Source: Octopus sinensis (Eukaryota). From it: 64,000 nucleotides of DNA. Below, piece by piece: positions 1 to 13,682 of this stretch. The translations under genes were made by a program, and so were the position numbers. The notes under the pieces were generated by a model. It saw nothing but the letters and a program-made list of their open reading frames with translations, had not been told where the DNA came from and did no database searches. The stretch covers positions 36,158,464-36,222,463 of the forward strand of contig NC_043011.1 in NCBI RefSeq assembly GCF_006345805.1, given 5' to 3'. The first letter of the stretch is position 1. Each line of letters begins with the position of its first letter.

Positions 1-13
1 TATGGTAAGGATA

Positions 14-427
14 GGCATAGAGTGGCTGTGTGGTAAGTAGGTTGCTAACCAAACACATGGTTCCAGGTTCAGTCCCACTGTGTGTCACCTTGGGCAAGTG
101 TCTTCTACTATAGACTCGGGCAGACCAAAGCCTTGTGAGTGGATTTGGTAGACAGAAACTGAAAGAAGCCCGTCGCATATATGTATATATATATATATGT
201 GTGTGTGTGGTGTGTGTGTGTATGTTTGTAAGTCTGTGTTTGTACCCCCAACATCACTTGACAACTGATGCTGGTGTGCTTATGTCCCTGTAACTTAGCA
301 GTTCAGCAAAAGAGGCCGATAGAATAAGTACTAGGCTTACAAAGAATAAGTCCTGGGGTCGATTTGATCGACTAAAGGCGGTGCTCCAGCATGGCCACAG
401 TCAAATGAGTGAAACAAGTAAAAAAGT
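14..427 (+). mobile_element. tRNA-derived SINE, family A (~410 bp, internal (TA)n/(TG)n tract)
   Basis: Head with A-box-like TGGCTGTGTGG and B-box-like GGTTCAGTCCC; tail ...CAAATGACTGAAACAAGTAAAAGAG; about 20 homologous copies in the window. Confidence 0.9.
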
Positions 428-774
428 AAATTATATTCTTATATACATTCCTGCATACATACATACATACATACATACAAACATACATATGTACATGATG
501 GCCGTCCACTCATGACCAAGGAAAACCATTAATGACATTTATGAATATTATGAACTCAAGACTACCATATACTTTACACTTGCAGCTCTGTCGGTGACTT
601 CTGAGCCCTGCTTTTGACAAACATACATGACTGCAAACGCCACAGATAAAGCTTTCCCTATTCATTACATTGGCAGTGCATTTTCAAGCAGGTTCTTCAA
701 AGGTATTGACTCCTTCCTTTACCTATTTCGCCCACATCTCTCAGTTAGCCTCCCGCATTTCACAGGCCTTGAAA

Positions 775-817
<43 letters not shown>

Positions 818-838
818 TTTATATCTATATATGTATGC

Positions 839-877
<39 letters not shown>

Positions 878-1150
878 AAGGTGCAATGGCCCAGAGGTTA
901 GGGCAGTTTCGATTCCCAGACTGGGCGTTGTGTGTGTTTATTGAGCGAAAACATCTAAAAGCTCCACAAAGCTCTGGCAGGGATGGTGGCGACCCCTATG
1001 ATACTGTTTCGCCCAACTTTCTCTCACTCTTTCTTCCTGTTTCTTGTGTAACGCTGCGATGGACTATCGTCCCGTCCAGCTGGGGGGAACACATACGCCA
1101 CAGAAACCAGGAAACTGGGCCCATGAGCCTGGTTAGTCTTGAAAAGGGTG
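878..1150 (+). mobile_element. tRNA-derived SINE, family D (internally deleted head)
   Basis: Homologous to 40547-41152 (ATGGCCCAG.GGTTAG...TTTCGATTCCCAGAC...TTTATTGAGCGAAAACAC). Confidence 0.8.
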
Positions 1151-1159
1151 CATATATAT

Positions 1160-1195
<36 letters not shown>

Positions 1196-1199
1196 GTAT

Positions 1200-1337
1200 A
1201 TGGCGTTAGGAAGGGCATCCAGCTGTAGAAACACTGCCAGATCAGACAGGAGCCTGGTACAGCCTTCTGGCTTCCCAGACCCCAGTCAACCTGTCCAACC
1301 CATGATAGCATGGAAAACGGACGTTCAACGACGATGA

Positions 1338-1340
<3 letters not shown>
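1200..1340 (+). mobile_element. Family C retroposon 3' end (LINE-like tail ending in (GAT)n)
   Basis: GGCGTTAGGAAGGGCATCCAGCTGTAGAAAC...CATGGAAAACGGACGTT followed by (GAT)n; more than 10 copies in the window. Confidence 0.8.
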
Positions 1341-1390
<50 letters not shown>

Positions 1391-1907
1391 TATAGGTAGT
1401 CAGACACACACACAACCAGACAGCCAGACAGATACATACACACAGAGAGACAGACACACGCATATACAAACAGAAAGCAACCCATTTCAAGTATCAAGTA
1501 TCAAAATAATCAATAAAAGTGCCTGTCTACTATGAGGAATTTCTGCTAAATCAAAGCATAAATGTGATTCGTTGTCTTTGCCACAAACAGAAAAAGAAAA
1601 ATAGATGAGATTTATTTCATTTCAAAATCGTGAGTAAAGGAAGAATGTATCTATAAAATTACTATTTTATTCTATATATTATATGACTCGCTCATTATCT
1701 CTCCTGATTGCTAATTCCTTATCAACAAGGTGACTTGAGGAAATTTTAGCGTAAGAGTAACTGTGTGTGTATAGATAAGTAAGTGTGTGAACAGCTATAA
1801 TTTGTATATTTTGTTTAATTACAACAGACAAGCTAAATAGATTTACTAATGGCGGGAAGGAATCAAGAAAAGTAAGTAAAAGTCTAAATATGTTTCCATG
1901 GTAGATG

Positions 1908-1944
<37 letters not shown>

Positions 1945-1962
1945 GTGATAATAATAATAGTG

Positions 1963-2031
<69 letters not shown>

Positions 2032-2054
2032 GGAATAATAGGAATAATAAGAAT

Positions 2055-2224
2055 AGTTCATGGAACAAATAGGGGCTCCAATAAGGGTGGAACACTTGCA
2101 GAAAACAGCACTGCTTGGAACCGCTCGAATACACTGGAAGGTTCTCAAAAAATAAGGGGTGTTACCTTAGTTCACTGGTAGTGAATGGTAGTAGATCTCC
2201 AGCATTAGAAGCTGTGCAAAAGCA
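2055..2224 (+). mobile_element. Extreme 3' end of R4/Dong-type LINE inside a (TAA)n tract
   Basis: Encodes MEQIGAPIRVEHLQKTALLGTARI, which overlaps the end of the 2575-3622 copy; TAA repeats on both sides. Confidence 0.75.
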
Positions 2225-2256
2225 ATGATAATAATAATAAGAAGAATAATAATAAT

Positions 2257-2452
2257 GGTTTCAAATTTTGGCACAAGGTTAGCAATTTCATAGGAGAGGT
2301 TAAGTCGATTACATCGATCCCAGTACTCAACTGGTACTTATTTTATCAACCTCAAAAGGTTAAACGCAGAGTCAACCTTGGGGGAATTTGAACTCAGGAC
2401 ATAAAGATGGACAAAATGCTTCTAAGCCGGTGAGCTTACAGTTCTGCCAGCT
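2257..2452 (-). mobile_element. SINE family B
   Basis: Reverse complement of GAGCTGGCAGAA...GAGTTCAAATTCC...GACTTTGCCTTTCATCCTTTCGGGGTCGATAAA..AAGTACCAGTT-type body. Confidence 0.8.
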
Positions 2453-2574
2453 CAATGAGTTGTTACAGGATTTGAACATCGAATTTAAAATGCCAAAACT
2501 AAATAATAATAATAATAATAATAATAATATAATAATAATAATAATAATAATAATGATAATAATAATAATAATAA

Positions 2575-3622
2575 GATCGAAGCTATCAACACCTGGGCAG
2601 TTTCATTCCTTAGATATGGAGCAGGGGGTAATCGCATGGACAGTAGATAAACTAAACAGCTTAGACAGAAAGGCAAGGAAGTTGCTAACTAGATATGAGT
2701 CACTCCACCCAAAAAGTGACAGAGACAGACTATATGTACCAAGAAAAAGAGGGGGAAGAGGACTTATTGGATGTGAACACAGCATTAGAGCAGAAGGAAA
2801 AAAATGTCACAGAACCGCTATTATTAGAAGTAGGATGATCAGGCTTGTGTAGAATGAAAGATTGCAAAGATAAAGCACTATACAAGAAATTGAAAATGAA
2901 TGAAACTGAAAATAGGTGGGTAAAGAAAAGAATGCAAGGTCAATTTTATAGGGATGTTGAAGGTAAGACAGGCAGAGAAAAAAGACGGCTGTGGATGTCT
3001 AAAAGTGATTTAAAACCAGAAATGGAGGCTCTAATCTGTGTTGCCCAAGAGCAAGCACTAAGAACAAACTACATATAAATACAGAATAGACAACACAGCA
3101 AAAAGTGATAAGTGCAGAAGCTGTAGACAAAAATTGTGAAGCCATATGGCATATTACCAACCAATGTATTTCACTAGCCCAAAAGGAATATAAGAGATGC
3201 CACAACAATATAGCCAGGCTTATTCATTGGACACTTTGCAACAAGTATGGACTTGACAGAGCAAAAATTGGTACGACTGCTAACTTGACGGCATCGTTGA
3301 AAATAAAAATGCAAAGATCCTATGATATTTTATGATTAAGTGCGACCATGAGATAGAAAATAGGAAGCCAGACAGTCCTGATTGAGAAAGTAAACAAACT
3401 ATGCTAGATAATAGATACAGCATGCCCAGCTGACAACAAGGTATGTGATAAGGAAGAAAGAAAAGTTGAGAGATATGACAGGTTAGCTTGGGAAGTTAAG
3501 CAGTTATGATCGATGAAAAAGGTAGCAGTAGTACCAATAATTGTTGGAACCCTGGGAACAGTGAGCAAAAGTCTCAAGAAGTACATGGAACAAATAGGGG
3601 ATGCAATAAGGGTGGAGAACTT
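2575..3622 (+). pseudogene. 5'-truncated R4/Dong-clade non-LTR retrotransposon ORF (RT C-terminus, Zn knuckle, REL endonuclease), frameshifted
   Basis: RLYVPRKRGGRGL; LKPEMEALICVAQEQALRTNY; CR.C...EAIWHITNQC knuckle; RKPD...IIDTACP and VAVVPIIVGTLG REL motifs; starts directly after (TAA)n. Confidence 0.9.
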
Positions 3623-3912
3623 ACAGCTGGATGCCCTTCCTAATGCCAACCACTCCGAGAGTGTAGTGGGTGCTTTTTACATGCTATCGGCATGGGAGCC
3701 AGTGAGGCGGTATTGGCAATGACCTCACTTGAATCTTTTTACACATGCCACCGGCACAGGTGCCAGTAAGGTGACACTGGTAACGATCATGCTCGAATGG
3801 TACCTTTTACATACCACCGGCACAGAAGCCAGTTAGCCACTCTGGCAGTGATCATGCTCGGATGGTGCTCTTAGCACCCTACTAGCACGGGCACAGGTGC
3901 CAGTAAGGCGAT
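3620..3912 (-). mobile_element. Family C retroposon with internal repeats (TTTTAC.TGCCACCGGCAC)
   Basis: ACAGCTGGATGCCCTTCCTAATGCCAACCACTCCGAGAG shared with 17015-17525 and 26907-27155. Confidence 0.8.
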
Positions 3913-4503
3913 TTTTATATTTAGATATTATTGAGAATTGTGTAATAAATTGTTAAAAATATTTTGTGTATAACCAATTTATTGTACATGAATTTTAACA
4001 GCAAAATCTGATATGGACCCGGGCTGAGGACTGCTGATCTAGAACATAGATACGAAATTCTGTGTAAATATATATTCACATACATTTGCTATCTTGAAGA
4101 CACAACTGTGTTTAAGTTTACTGTTTTTTTTTTTATTAAATGCAATATTTCTTTCAAATGTAATGGATTTTCAAAGATATTATTCTAAAGGACCAATATG
4201 GAATTAAGACTCAAACATATAAATACATCTCTAATACAGAATGTACGAAAGAAAAGCTGTTTATCTTAAAATATTTTTTTGTTCCCCGTCTGTTTTTGCA
4301 TGTTAGCACAGGTTGGATGAATATATATAAACTTATGCCAATAAAACACAAACATTCACCAAGAACACACATTAACACACATCCAAGCACATATTCTTTA
4401 TGTATTCATATATAAACATGTAAAGATATACTCTAAAAAAATCTGTCACCATATATATGTTTAAATTCTTCAACATATTAAGTTTGTCTATAAAAGCATC
4501 TAA

Positions 4504-6010
<1,507 letters not shown>

Positions 6011-6273
6011 AAACACACTAGAAATGAATAACATTACCTGAAATTACAAGAAGAATGGTTTATATACACTCTTACATAACTCAATACAGATAGAAGCAAA
6101 AAAAATTTACCAATGAAATTAGAAGAAGCTTAGAAAACAGAAACGTAAACCAAAAGGAAAGCATTTATCACATACAGAAATCAGAAAGATTTTAACAGTA
6201 ACCACAAATGTAGACTTACAAACCTAAATAAAGAAGTGTATGTAATCAGTAAGAAAAAAATTAACAAAATAAG

Positions 6274-6436
6274 TGCAGGAGTGGCTGTGTGGTAAGTAAC
6301 TTGCTTACCAACCACGTGGTTCCGTGTTTAGTCCCATGGTTTGGCACCTTGGGTAAGTGTCTTCTACTATAGCCTTGGGTCGACCAATGCCTTGTGAGAG
6401 GATTTGGTAGACGGGATATGAAAGAAGCTCATTGTA

Positions 6437-6481
<45 letters not shown>

Positions 6482-6608
6482 ATGTATGTGTGTTTGTGTG
6501 TCTGTGTTTGTCTCCCCAACAATGCTTGACAACAGATGGTGATGTGTTTACATCCCCGTAACTTAGTAGTTTAGCAAAAGAGACCAATAGAATAAGTACT
6601 AGGCTTCC
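6274..6608 (+). mobile_element. SINE family A, 3'-truncated
   Basis: Homology to 14-427. Confidence 0.85.
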
Positions 6609-6612
6609 AAAA

Positions 6613-6845
6613 AGGTTGGCAAGCTGGCAGAAACGTTAGCATGCCGGGTGAAATGCTTAGCAGTATTTCGTCTGCTGTTACGTTCTGAGTTCAAATTCCG
6701 CTGAGGTCAACTTTGTCGTTCATTTTTTTGGGATCGATTAAATAAGTATCAGTTATGCCATGGTGTCAATATAATCGACTTAATTCGTTTGTCTGACCTT
6801 GTTTGCCCCCTCCGTGTGTAGCCCCTTGTGGGTAGTAAAGAAATA
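6613..6845 (+). mobile_element. SINE family B
   Basis: AAGGTTGGCAAGCTGGCAGAAACGTTAGC head through CCCCTTGTGGGTAGTAAAGAAATA tail. Confidence 0.85.
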
Positions 6846-6899
6846 AGAATTATGTGCTGTTGTAAGGTATATAATTAATAAACTAATAAAGAATTCATA

Positions 6900-7235
6900 A
6901 ATATAGGCTCTTGGTTATACAGAAATGATGGACTATCAATATCTAAAGACAAAAATGGGTAGATTCAAAGACCTAATACAGATGTTGAATAGCTTTAAAT
7001 TAAAAGTAACTATCATGATCAATGTTACCCGAATAAGTTACTGGAACATCATCCCAAACTTAGAAGCTAATGTTTATAAACCTTTTAGAAAGCCCAATGA
7101 AAAGTTAAGTTACATATACAAATGCTTTTGCCCCCTGCCAATGGTGCTTCAAAAACCTATAAATTCACTCTCTCTGTTGTTAAGGAAATATTTGATAAAG
7201 TTTCATATTACCGAACAAATGTAAAAGCCTGCTCT
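6900..7235 (+). pseudogene. Decayed Penelope-like element reverse transcriptase fragment (Naiad/Chlamys-like)
   Basis: LYRNDGL at 6915-6935 (degenerate LYRDDGL); after a frameshift FKDLIQMLNSFKLKVTIMIN...NLEANVYKPFRKPNEKLSYI; then LSVVKEIFDK..YY, matching PLE palm/thumb motifs. Confidence 0.7.
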
Positions 7236-8059
7236 TTAACATTAAAATACAAACACTTCCCCTTAAACCACAGATACAGAAAATTATTTAGATACAAACC
7301 CCAAAACCATTTAGAGTGCAACAACCAGCTTTTAAGCCACATGCAATTGAAGATGTCCAAAAGCATTCGCATTAAATATGTCAAGAAATGTGCCAGCCTT
7401 TTTATACATAGATATGTCCCCTACTGAGGTGCCAAATGGTTGTTTAGCGAGCTTTTTGCCCACTAATTTAATATAATGTCCAGTCATCGTTCGATAGCTG
7501 TAGGAATTAATTCAGTGAGAAACAACAACAATTCGTATGCATTTTTAAAGCTTCCATGTACATGGTATACTTATTCCAATTCAGGAGGAGAGCATTCATA
7601 CACAGCTTGTATATTTAACATTTAACAGAACAGAATGGAAGTTGAATAAGAAGAGGTTTTCGTCTTGCCGCCTTCCATGACTGGTATAGTGGATTCAACT
7701 CAATTCATATCAACGTGGGGTAGTCCAGTAGCAGAGAGGGAGGTGATGCAGTTAGCAGTAGGCTAATTTGATCAGCAAAGGAAACCGTTCTTGGATCTGC
7801 GCGTTTTTTTGTGCCTATCTCCCGAGCGCCACCTCGTTGTTAACGATGTGACCTAGGGAGATAAATCCAGATGACCCACGTTCAGACATGGATTCAACTA
7901 TGTTTGCCTACAGTTGAAACCATTGTTTTCATGGATCATCAATGAACAAACTTAACTCAAGACAACTGTTTTTTTTCTTTATTTCTCCCTTTCTACAATT
8001 GCTAGGTTATCCTCAAACTTGACTGACAAACGACACACATACACATGCACACACATACT

Positions 8060-8119
<60 letters not shown>

Positions 8120-8962
8120 GAGGAGGAGGAAAGAAAGATAGATATTTTGTCTGAATTTGAGATGAAGAATTATTATGTACACACATATATATTGTCTTCA
8201 CTTGATTGCAATAGTCACTTCCTCAGTGATGGCGAATATACTCATCAAATACATTAAGAACTTGTGTGTATGTTCATGCACTCGTGCATATGAGAGTGCG
8301 TGTGTGTTTGTGATATTCTTGAGAAAATATACCCCCCACCCCACCTTCCAGCATCTGACAATAGGATAATTGAAGTCTTACAAATGGAAAACATTAATAT
8401 GAAGATACAGTTTGACTAATAGAACTAGTTTTACATGATTCTCCTCCACCATGGTTTTAGGCAAATGGTAGACGATATACTGAATATATCACTAAATTGT
8501 AAAGATTTTTACATCCCCTTGTATACAATGAAGCATCATTCATGGCAACTCCATAATGGTTTCTTTACACTATATACTCTTTCTTTCTTGAGCCACTCTA
8601 TATTTGCATCAAATACCCCCAGCACTTAATATGTTATCCAACTAATAGATGATACATATTTTCAGTAAGATCTCTGAGCAGTTGGTTTTGAAGTTCATAG
8701 ATGTTGTTACGAACATTTTATTGCTTCTGTTTCCTCAAATAACCCTGGGCCACTCTATCCTGTTTATATGGATTCAATTATAAACAGTATTTATTCCAAG
8801 AATATCAGTTTGTACATGTCATGTATAATTGATGGCTGGCAAAGACAATAAGAGCCTCTATGCGGTTATTAACTTACAAGAAATAGCAACCAATTCTTCA
8901 AATTCACACTGCTAATTTAAGAAAAGTACAAATAAAAATAAAACATGTATATATATATATAT

Positions 8963-9159
8963 AGGCATAGGAGTGACTGTGTGGTAAGTAGCTTGCTTAC
9001 CAACCACATGGTTCCAGGTCCAGTCCCACTGTGTGGCACCTTGGGCAAATGTCTTCTACTATAGCCTCGGGCTGACCAAAGCCTTGAGAGTGGATTTGGT
9101 AGACGGAAACTGAAAGAATCCCGTCATATATATGTATATATATATATGTGTGCGTGTGT

Positions 9160-9208
<49 letters not shown>

Positions 9209-9597
9209 CGTCTGTGTATCTGTGTTTGTCCGCCCAACATTGCTTGACAGTTCTGCCTGCTCACCACCTATAAGTGTCTTCTACTATAGCCTTGGGTCGA
9301 ACAATGCCTTGTGAGTGGATTTAGTAGATGGAAACTGAAAGAAACCCATTGTATATATGTATATATGTATGTGTGTATGTATGTGTGTTTGTGTGTCTGT
9401 GTTTGTACCCCCAACATCGCTTGACAACTGATGCTGGTGTGTTACATCCCTGTAACCTAGCAGTTCGGCAAAAGAGACCAATAGAAAAGTACTAGGCTTA
9501 CAAAGAATAAGTTCTGGGGTCGATTTGCTTGACTAAAGGCAGTGCTCCAGCATGGCTACAGTCAAATGACTGAAACAAGTAAAAGAGCAAAAGAGAA
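8963..9597 (+). mobile_element. Two adjacent partial SINE family A copies (8963-9250, 9273-9597)
   Basis: Homology to family A. Confidence 0.85.
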
Positions 9598-9644
9598 TAT
9601 ATATATATAAGCTAGATATATACTGATTGATTTAGTTCAGCATT

Positions 9645-9872
9645 GAGCTTTTAGCATTTAAAATGTCTATATCTGGCCAAGACCTTCTTGTTGTTTTATG
9701 TTCAGCCCAGCTATATCTGGACTCTCACACCTACCCTACAATGTCATTTTAAAAATAAACAATCACATCATCAAAATCTCAAAGTTAAGGATTAATACAT
9801 AATTAACTCAAAACAAGGTAAATAAATAAGCATTACATTTGATCTAATAATCTGAATGCTTAAATGTGATAA
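9645..9872. mobile_element. Decayed MITE with TTTAGCATT terminal inverted motif
   Basis: Reverse-complement homolog of the element split across 16759-17645. Confidence 0.5.
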
Positions 9873-9956
9873 ACATACCTACAAGTAGATCAACACCCAC
9901 AATATGGTTAGTGCTATTTTCTTATGTTGGTACACCTGCCCCAGTGTTTTGCTTAA

Positions 9957-10212
9957 GAAGGTATGTGGTTTAGTGGTTAGGGTGTTGGACTCAGGATTGT
10001 AAGATTGTGGTTTTGATTCCTGGACCAGGCGATGCAATGTGATCTTCAGCAAAACACTTCATTTCACGCTGCTTCAGTCTGCTCGGCGGGCAAAAATGAG
10101 AAATCTTGAAATGGACTGGTGTCCTGTCCAGGTGGAGAATATATACGCCATGAAACTGAGAAACCGGCCCCTATGTGTCAGCATGACTCGAGAAGTTAAC
10201 TTTACCTTTTTC
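9957..10212 (+). mobile_element. tRNA-derived SINE related to family D, with CORE-like segment
   Basis: TGGTTTAGTGGTTAG head; TGTGATCTTCAGCAAAACACTTCATTTCAC; tail shared with 60330-60634. Confidence 0.65.
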
Positions 10213-10326
10213 TTTACTTGTGTGTGTTTGTGTGTGTACATACATACATACATACATACATACATACATACACACACACATACATACATACATACATATA
10301 TACACATATATATGTATATATATATG

Positions 10327-10595
10327 CAATTCAAAGAAGGTCAGAGGTTGTGAACCCAATCAACTAAGGGATAGTATCTATCCAATATACTGCTGGTAGA
10401 ATACCTAATTAATACACAAGTGTTGGTTATTGCATGGCAATTACACTACTGAATATAATGATTAGGCGAGGGTAATAAGTGGTTTTTACCCTTAATTTAT
10501 ATGGCAAGAAAAAAATGGAGGGAATCCAGAGGTAGTATTCATCAGCTGTTACACATTATATTACCCTTGGATTCCCTCCATTTTCTTCTTGCCAT
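10327..10595. mobile_element. (TA)n-embedded dispersed element with short inverted terminal copy
   Basis: Homologous in reverse to 58050-58288; 10499-10528 is inverted at 10567-10597. Confidence 0.7.
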
Positions 10596-10685
10596 ATATA
10601 TAGATATAGATATATATATAGATATATATATATATACATACATATATATATTTATATGTATATATATATATATGTATATGTATAT

Positions 10686-11056
10686 TCTTTTATTTGTTTC
10701 AGTCATTTGACCACGACCATACTGGAGCACCACCTTTAGTCAAACAAATCGACCCCAGAACATATTCTTTGTAAGCCTAGTACTTATTCTTTTGGTTTTT
10801 TTTTTGCTGAACCACTAGGTTACGGGGGAGTAAACACACCAGCATTGGTTGTCAAGCGATGGTGGGGGGACAAATACAGATACACAAACACACACACACA
10901 CACACATATATACGACAGGCTTCTTTCAGTTTCCATGCACCAAATCTAATCACAAGGCTTTGTCCGGCCCGAGGCTATAGTAGAAGACACTTGCCCAAGG
11001 TGTCATACAGTGGAGACTATAACTGGAACCATGTTGTTGGTAAGCAAGCTACTTAC
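10686..11056 (-). mobile_element. SINE family A
   Basis: Reverse complement of family A. Confidence 0.85.
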
Positions 11057-11957
11057 ATATACATATATATACATATAAGTATACATACACACATATACAT
11101 ACGTACATATACATACACACACATACACATATATGTGTGTGCCTTTTTATACAAACATGGACAATAGGACTCAATGCAAAAAAGTGAGTACGTTTTATTA
11201 TGTTGTAGCACTTATGCTTCTGATGTAGCTATAACAAAATTACATACAAGTTCATGTGGATGCATCAAAACTTATAATCAAACAATGGCTCCCTCTGCAA
11301 GAATAGCACAAGGATAGTTCCAATAGTTTTAGATAGTAATTATCATTTTAAGAAGATCTACTTATGTTCATCTGTTAAAGTGAGCAAACAGCTTACAGCT
11401 TTCTTATAAACAAGGCAGAAAGTTGCAACAATTTTTCTCATTTGTGTCTCATTATATAGACATATTAATTAAAAATCAAAATATTAAAGCAGCAGCTGAT
11501 GGATAAATTGTGAATCAGTTCATATATCTCTTCCTCCTTCAATGTAAATAACTGGGATGCGGATAGCTGGCAGAAACGTTAGCATGCCAAAGAAACTCTA
11601 AAATGATGCATGGGCACTCTGTAGCAGAAACAGTTGTATGCTAAAGAAGGTGATGATGTAATTCTCATTCTCTTGTCAGTCTTTTAATTTCATATATATA
11701 TACAGTTGCAGCCAAAATGTCAGAATGGCATTGTTTTCGTCAGAAAAGTAGGTACAATTTATTATCAAAGTTGTTTTATATTCTATAATTTTCACAGACA
11801 ATAAATACAATATTATTTGTTATTGTCTGAGATTCTGGTGTAATTTGAGAGGATAATACAAAAGTTATGGATGATTTAGTGATTTACTGCAAAACCCTTG
11901 GCAGCCAAAATGATCAGAACGGTTGAAAAAATAACAAAATAATCAAAAATGACAGAG

Positions 11958-12405
11958 AATTTTGCTACAAGGTCAGCAATTTTGGGGGAGGGGGTTGAGT
12001 CGATTATATCAACCCCAGTGCATAACTGGTACTTATTTTATCAACCCTGAAAGGATGAAAGGTAAAGTCAACCTTGGTAGAATTTGAACTCAGAATGTAG
12101 TGACAGGTGAAATACCATTAAGCATTTTGTCTGGTGTGCTAACAATTCTGCCAGCTCACCGTCTTAGCAACAATGATGACAAATAATCTCTTGTACTAAG
12201 GGCACAAGGCCTGAAACTTTGGGGGAGGGGACTAGCTGATGACATCAACCCCCAGCGTTTTACTGGTACTTAATTTATCTACCCTGAAAGGATGCAAAGC
12301 AAAGTCGACCTCAGCGGAATTTGAACTCAGGACATAGCGACAGATGAAATACCACTTAGCGTTTTTTGTCCAGTGCACTAACAATTCTGCCAGTTTACTG
12401 CCTTA
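11958..12405 (-). mobile_element. Two tandem SINE family B copies
   Basis: 11958-12166 and 12195-12405 each match the family B reverse complement. Confidence 0.85.
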
Positions 12406-13682
12406 GCAACGATGTCTTCTTTCAGTCTTCACAGACCAGTTCCAGTCATAAGATATTGGCTAGCCCAGAATTACAGAAGAAAATACTTGTCAGTGGTGCA
12501 GCAGAATGGAACTGAACCTAAGACTACATGCTTGAGAAATGAAATTTTTAACCACACAACCAGACCTCATGCCAGTAATTTTCTAACTTCACCATTATGC
12601 TTGTTCTGCAAGTGTTTTTTTTGGGGGGGTTTTTTTTGTTATTTTTCAATTTACTTCATAAGCATTAGCAAGAATTACTGTTTCACTGATATCCATTTGT
12701 TATTTCATGTTAGCATTTAATTAATTACTAAGTACTATCTTGTATAATGACTACACATTGCAATTAGACAGAGATTGATTAACTAACTTCACACACACAC
12801 ACACACACACACACATGTGCCTGTTCATACACACACACATATAGGAAAACATATAAACACACACACACACACACACAAACATGACAATTAACCACTAATT
12901 GAGCTAATGAGAGAGCATCTCTTCAGTCACCTGATTTGCTAGAAATAACAGTGAAATTTCCCTTAAATTTACAACTTCAAAATGAAAGAATACCAAACAA
13001 TCTAATTCTAGATATAGAAAGCCGGAATATTTGCTTACAGGTCTACTGGTTTAGATACTGACCTGTGGCTAAACAATACCTCCAAGAAAAATGTCAGATT
13101 TTATCCACTATATCTGACAAAAAAAAAGGATGGTCATGTATAGAGCCTTTAACAATTAGTCTTGCTTAATCAGAGCTGACCTGAGTTTAGCAACATTTAC
13201 AAAGAATGTTAGGTTTTATACATTATATCTTAAAAAGAAAATAGGATGATCAAAGCCAGAGACTTTGATCTTAGGTCTTATAGAATTTGAACTGATCTTT
13301 GGCTGAGCCACAACATTTACATTCCTAAACGATTTTTCATCTTTTGTTGTACAAAATTACATCCATTTATGTGACATTTTTACGTCCCTACATATTGATC
13401 TATAAAATGTCATATGTTTAACTCTTCTATGATTCTTATGGACATTAATTGATTAGTTTAAGAGTGATGTACCTCTGCCTGTACAATATTTTGTCATTAA
13501 TCACTGATATTATATAAGAAATTTATATACCTATATATATAGGTGTGCGTGTGTGTGTGTATGTGTGTTTGTGGTGCACAAGTTTATCATTATCAATTAA
13601 GATAATACAATTTCTTAATGAGTATTATAAAAGTTGTAAAAGTGAATTTGACAAGTTTCTCATTAATAGCTAAATTGCAACA

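Noticed and set aside
7430-7950. GC-richer block with SLGHIV on the minus strand, reminiscent of Gypsy RT
   Set aside because: Single short motif with no supporting frame; insufficient evidence
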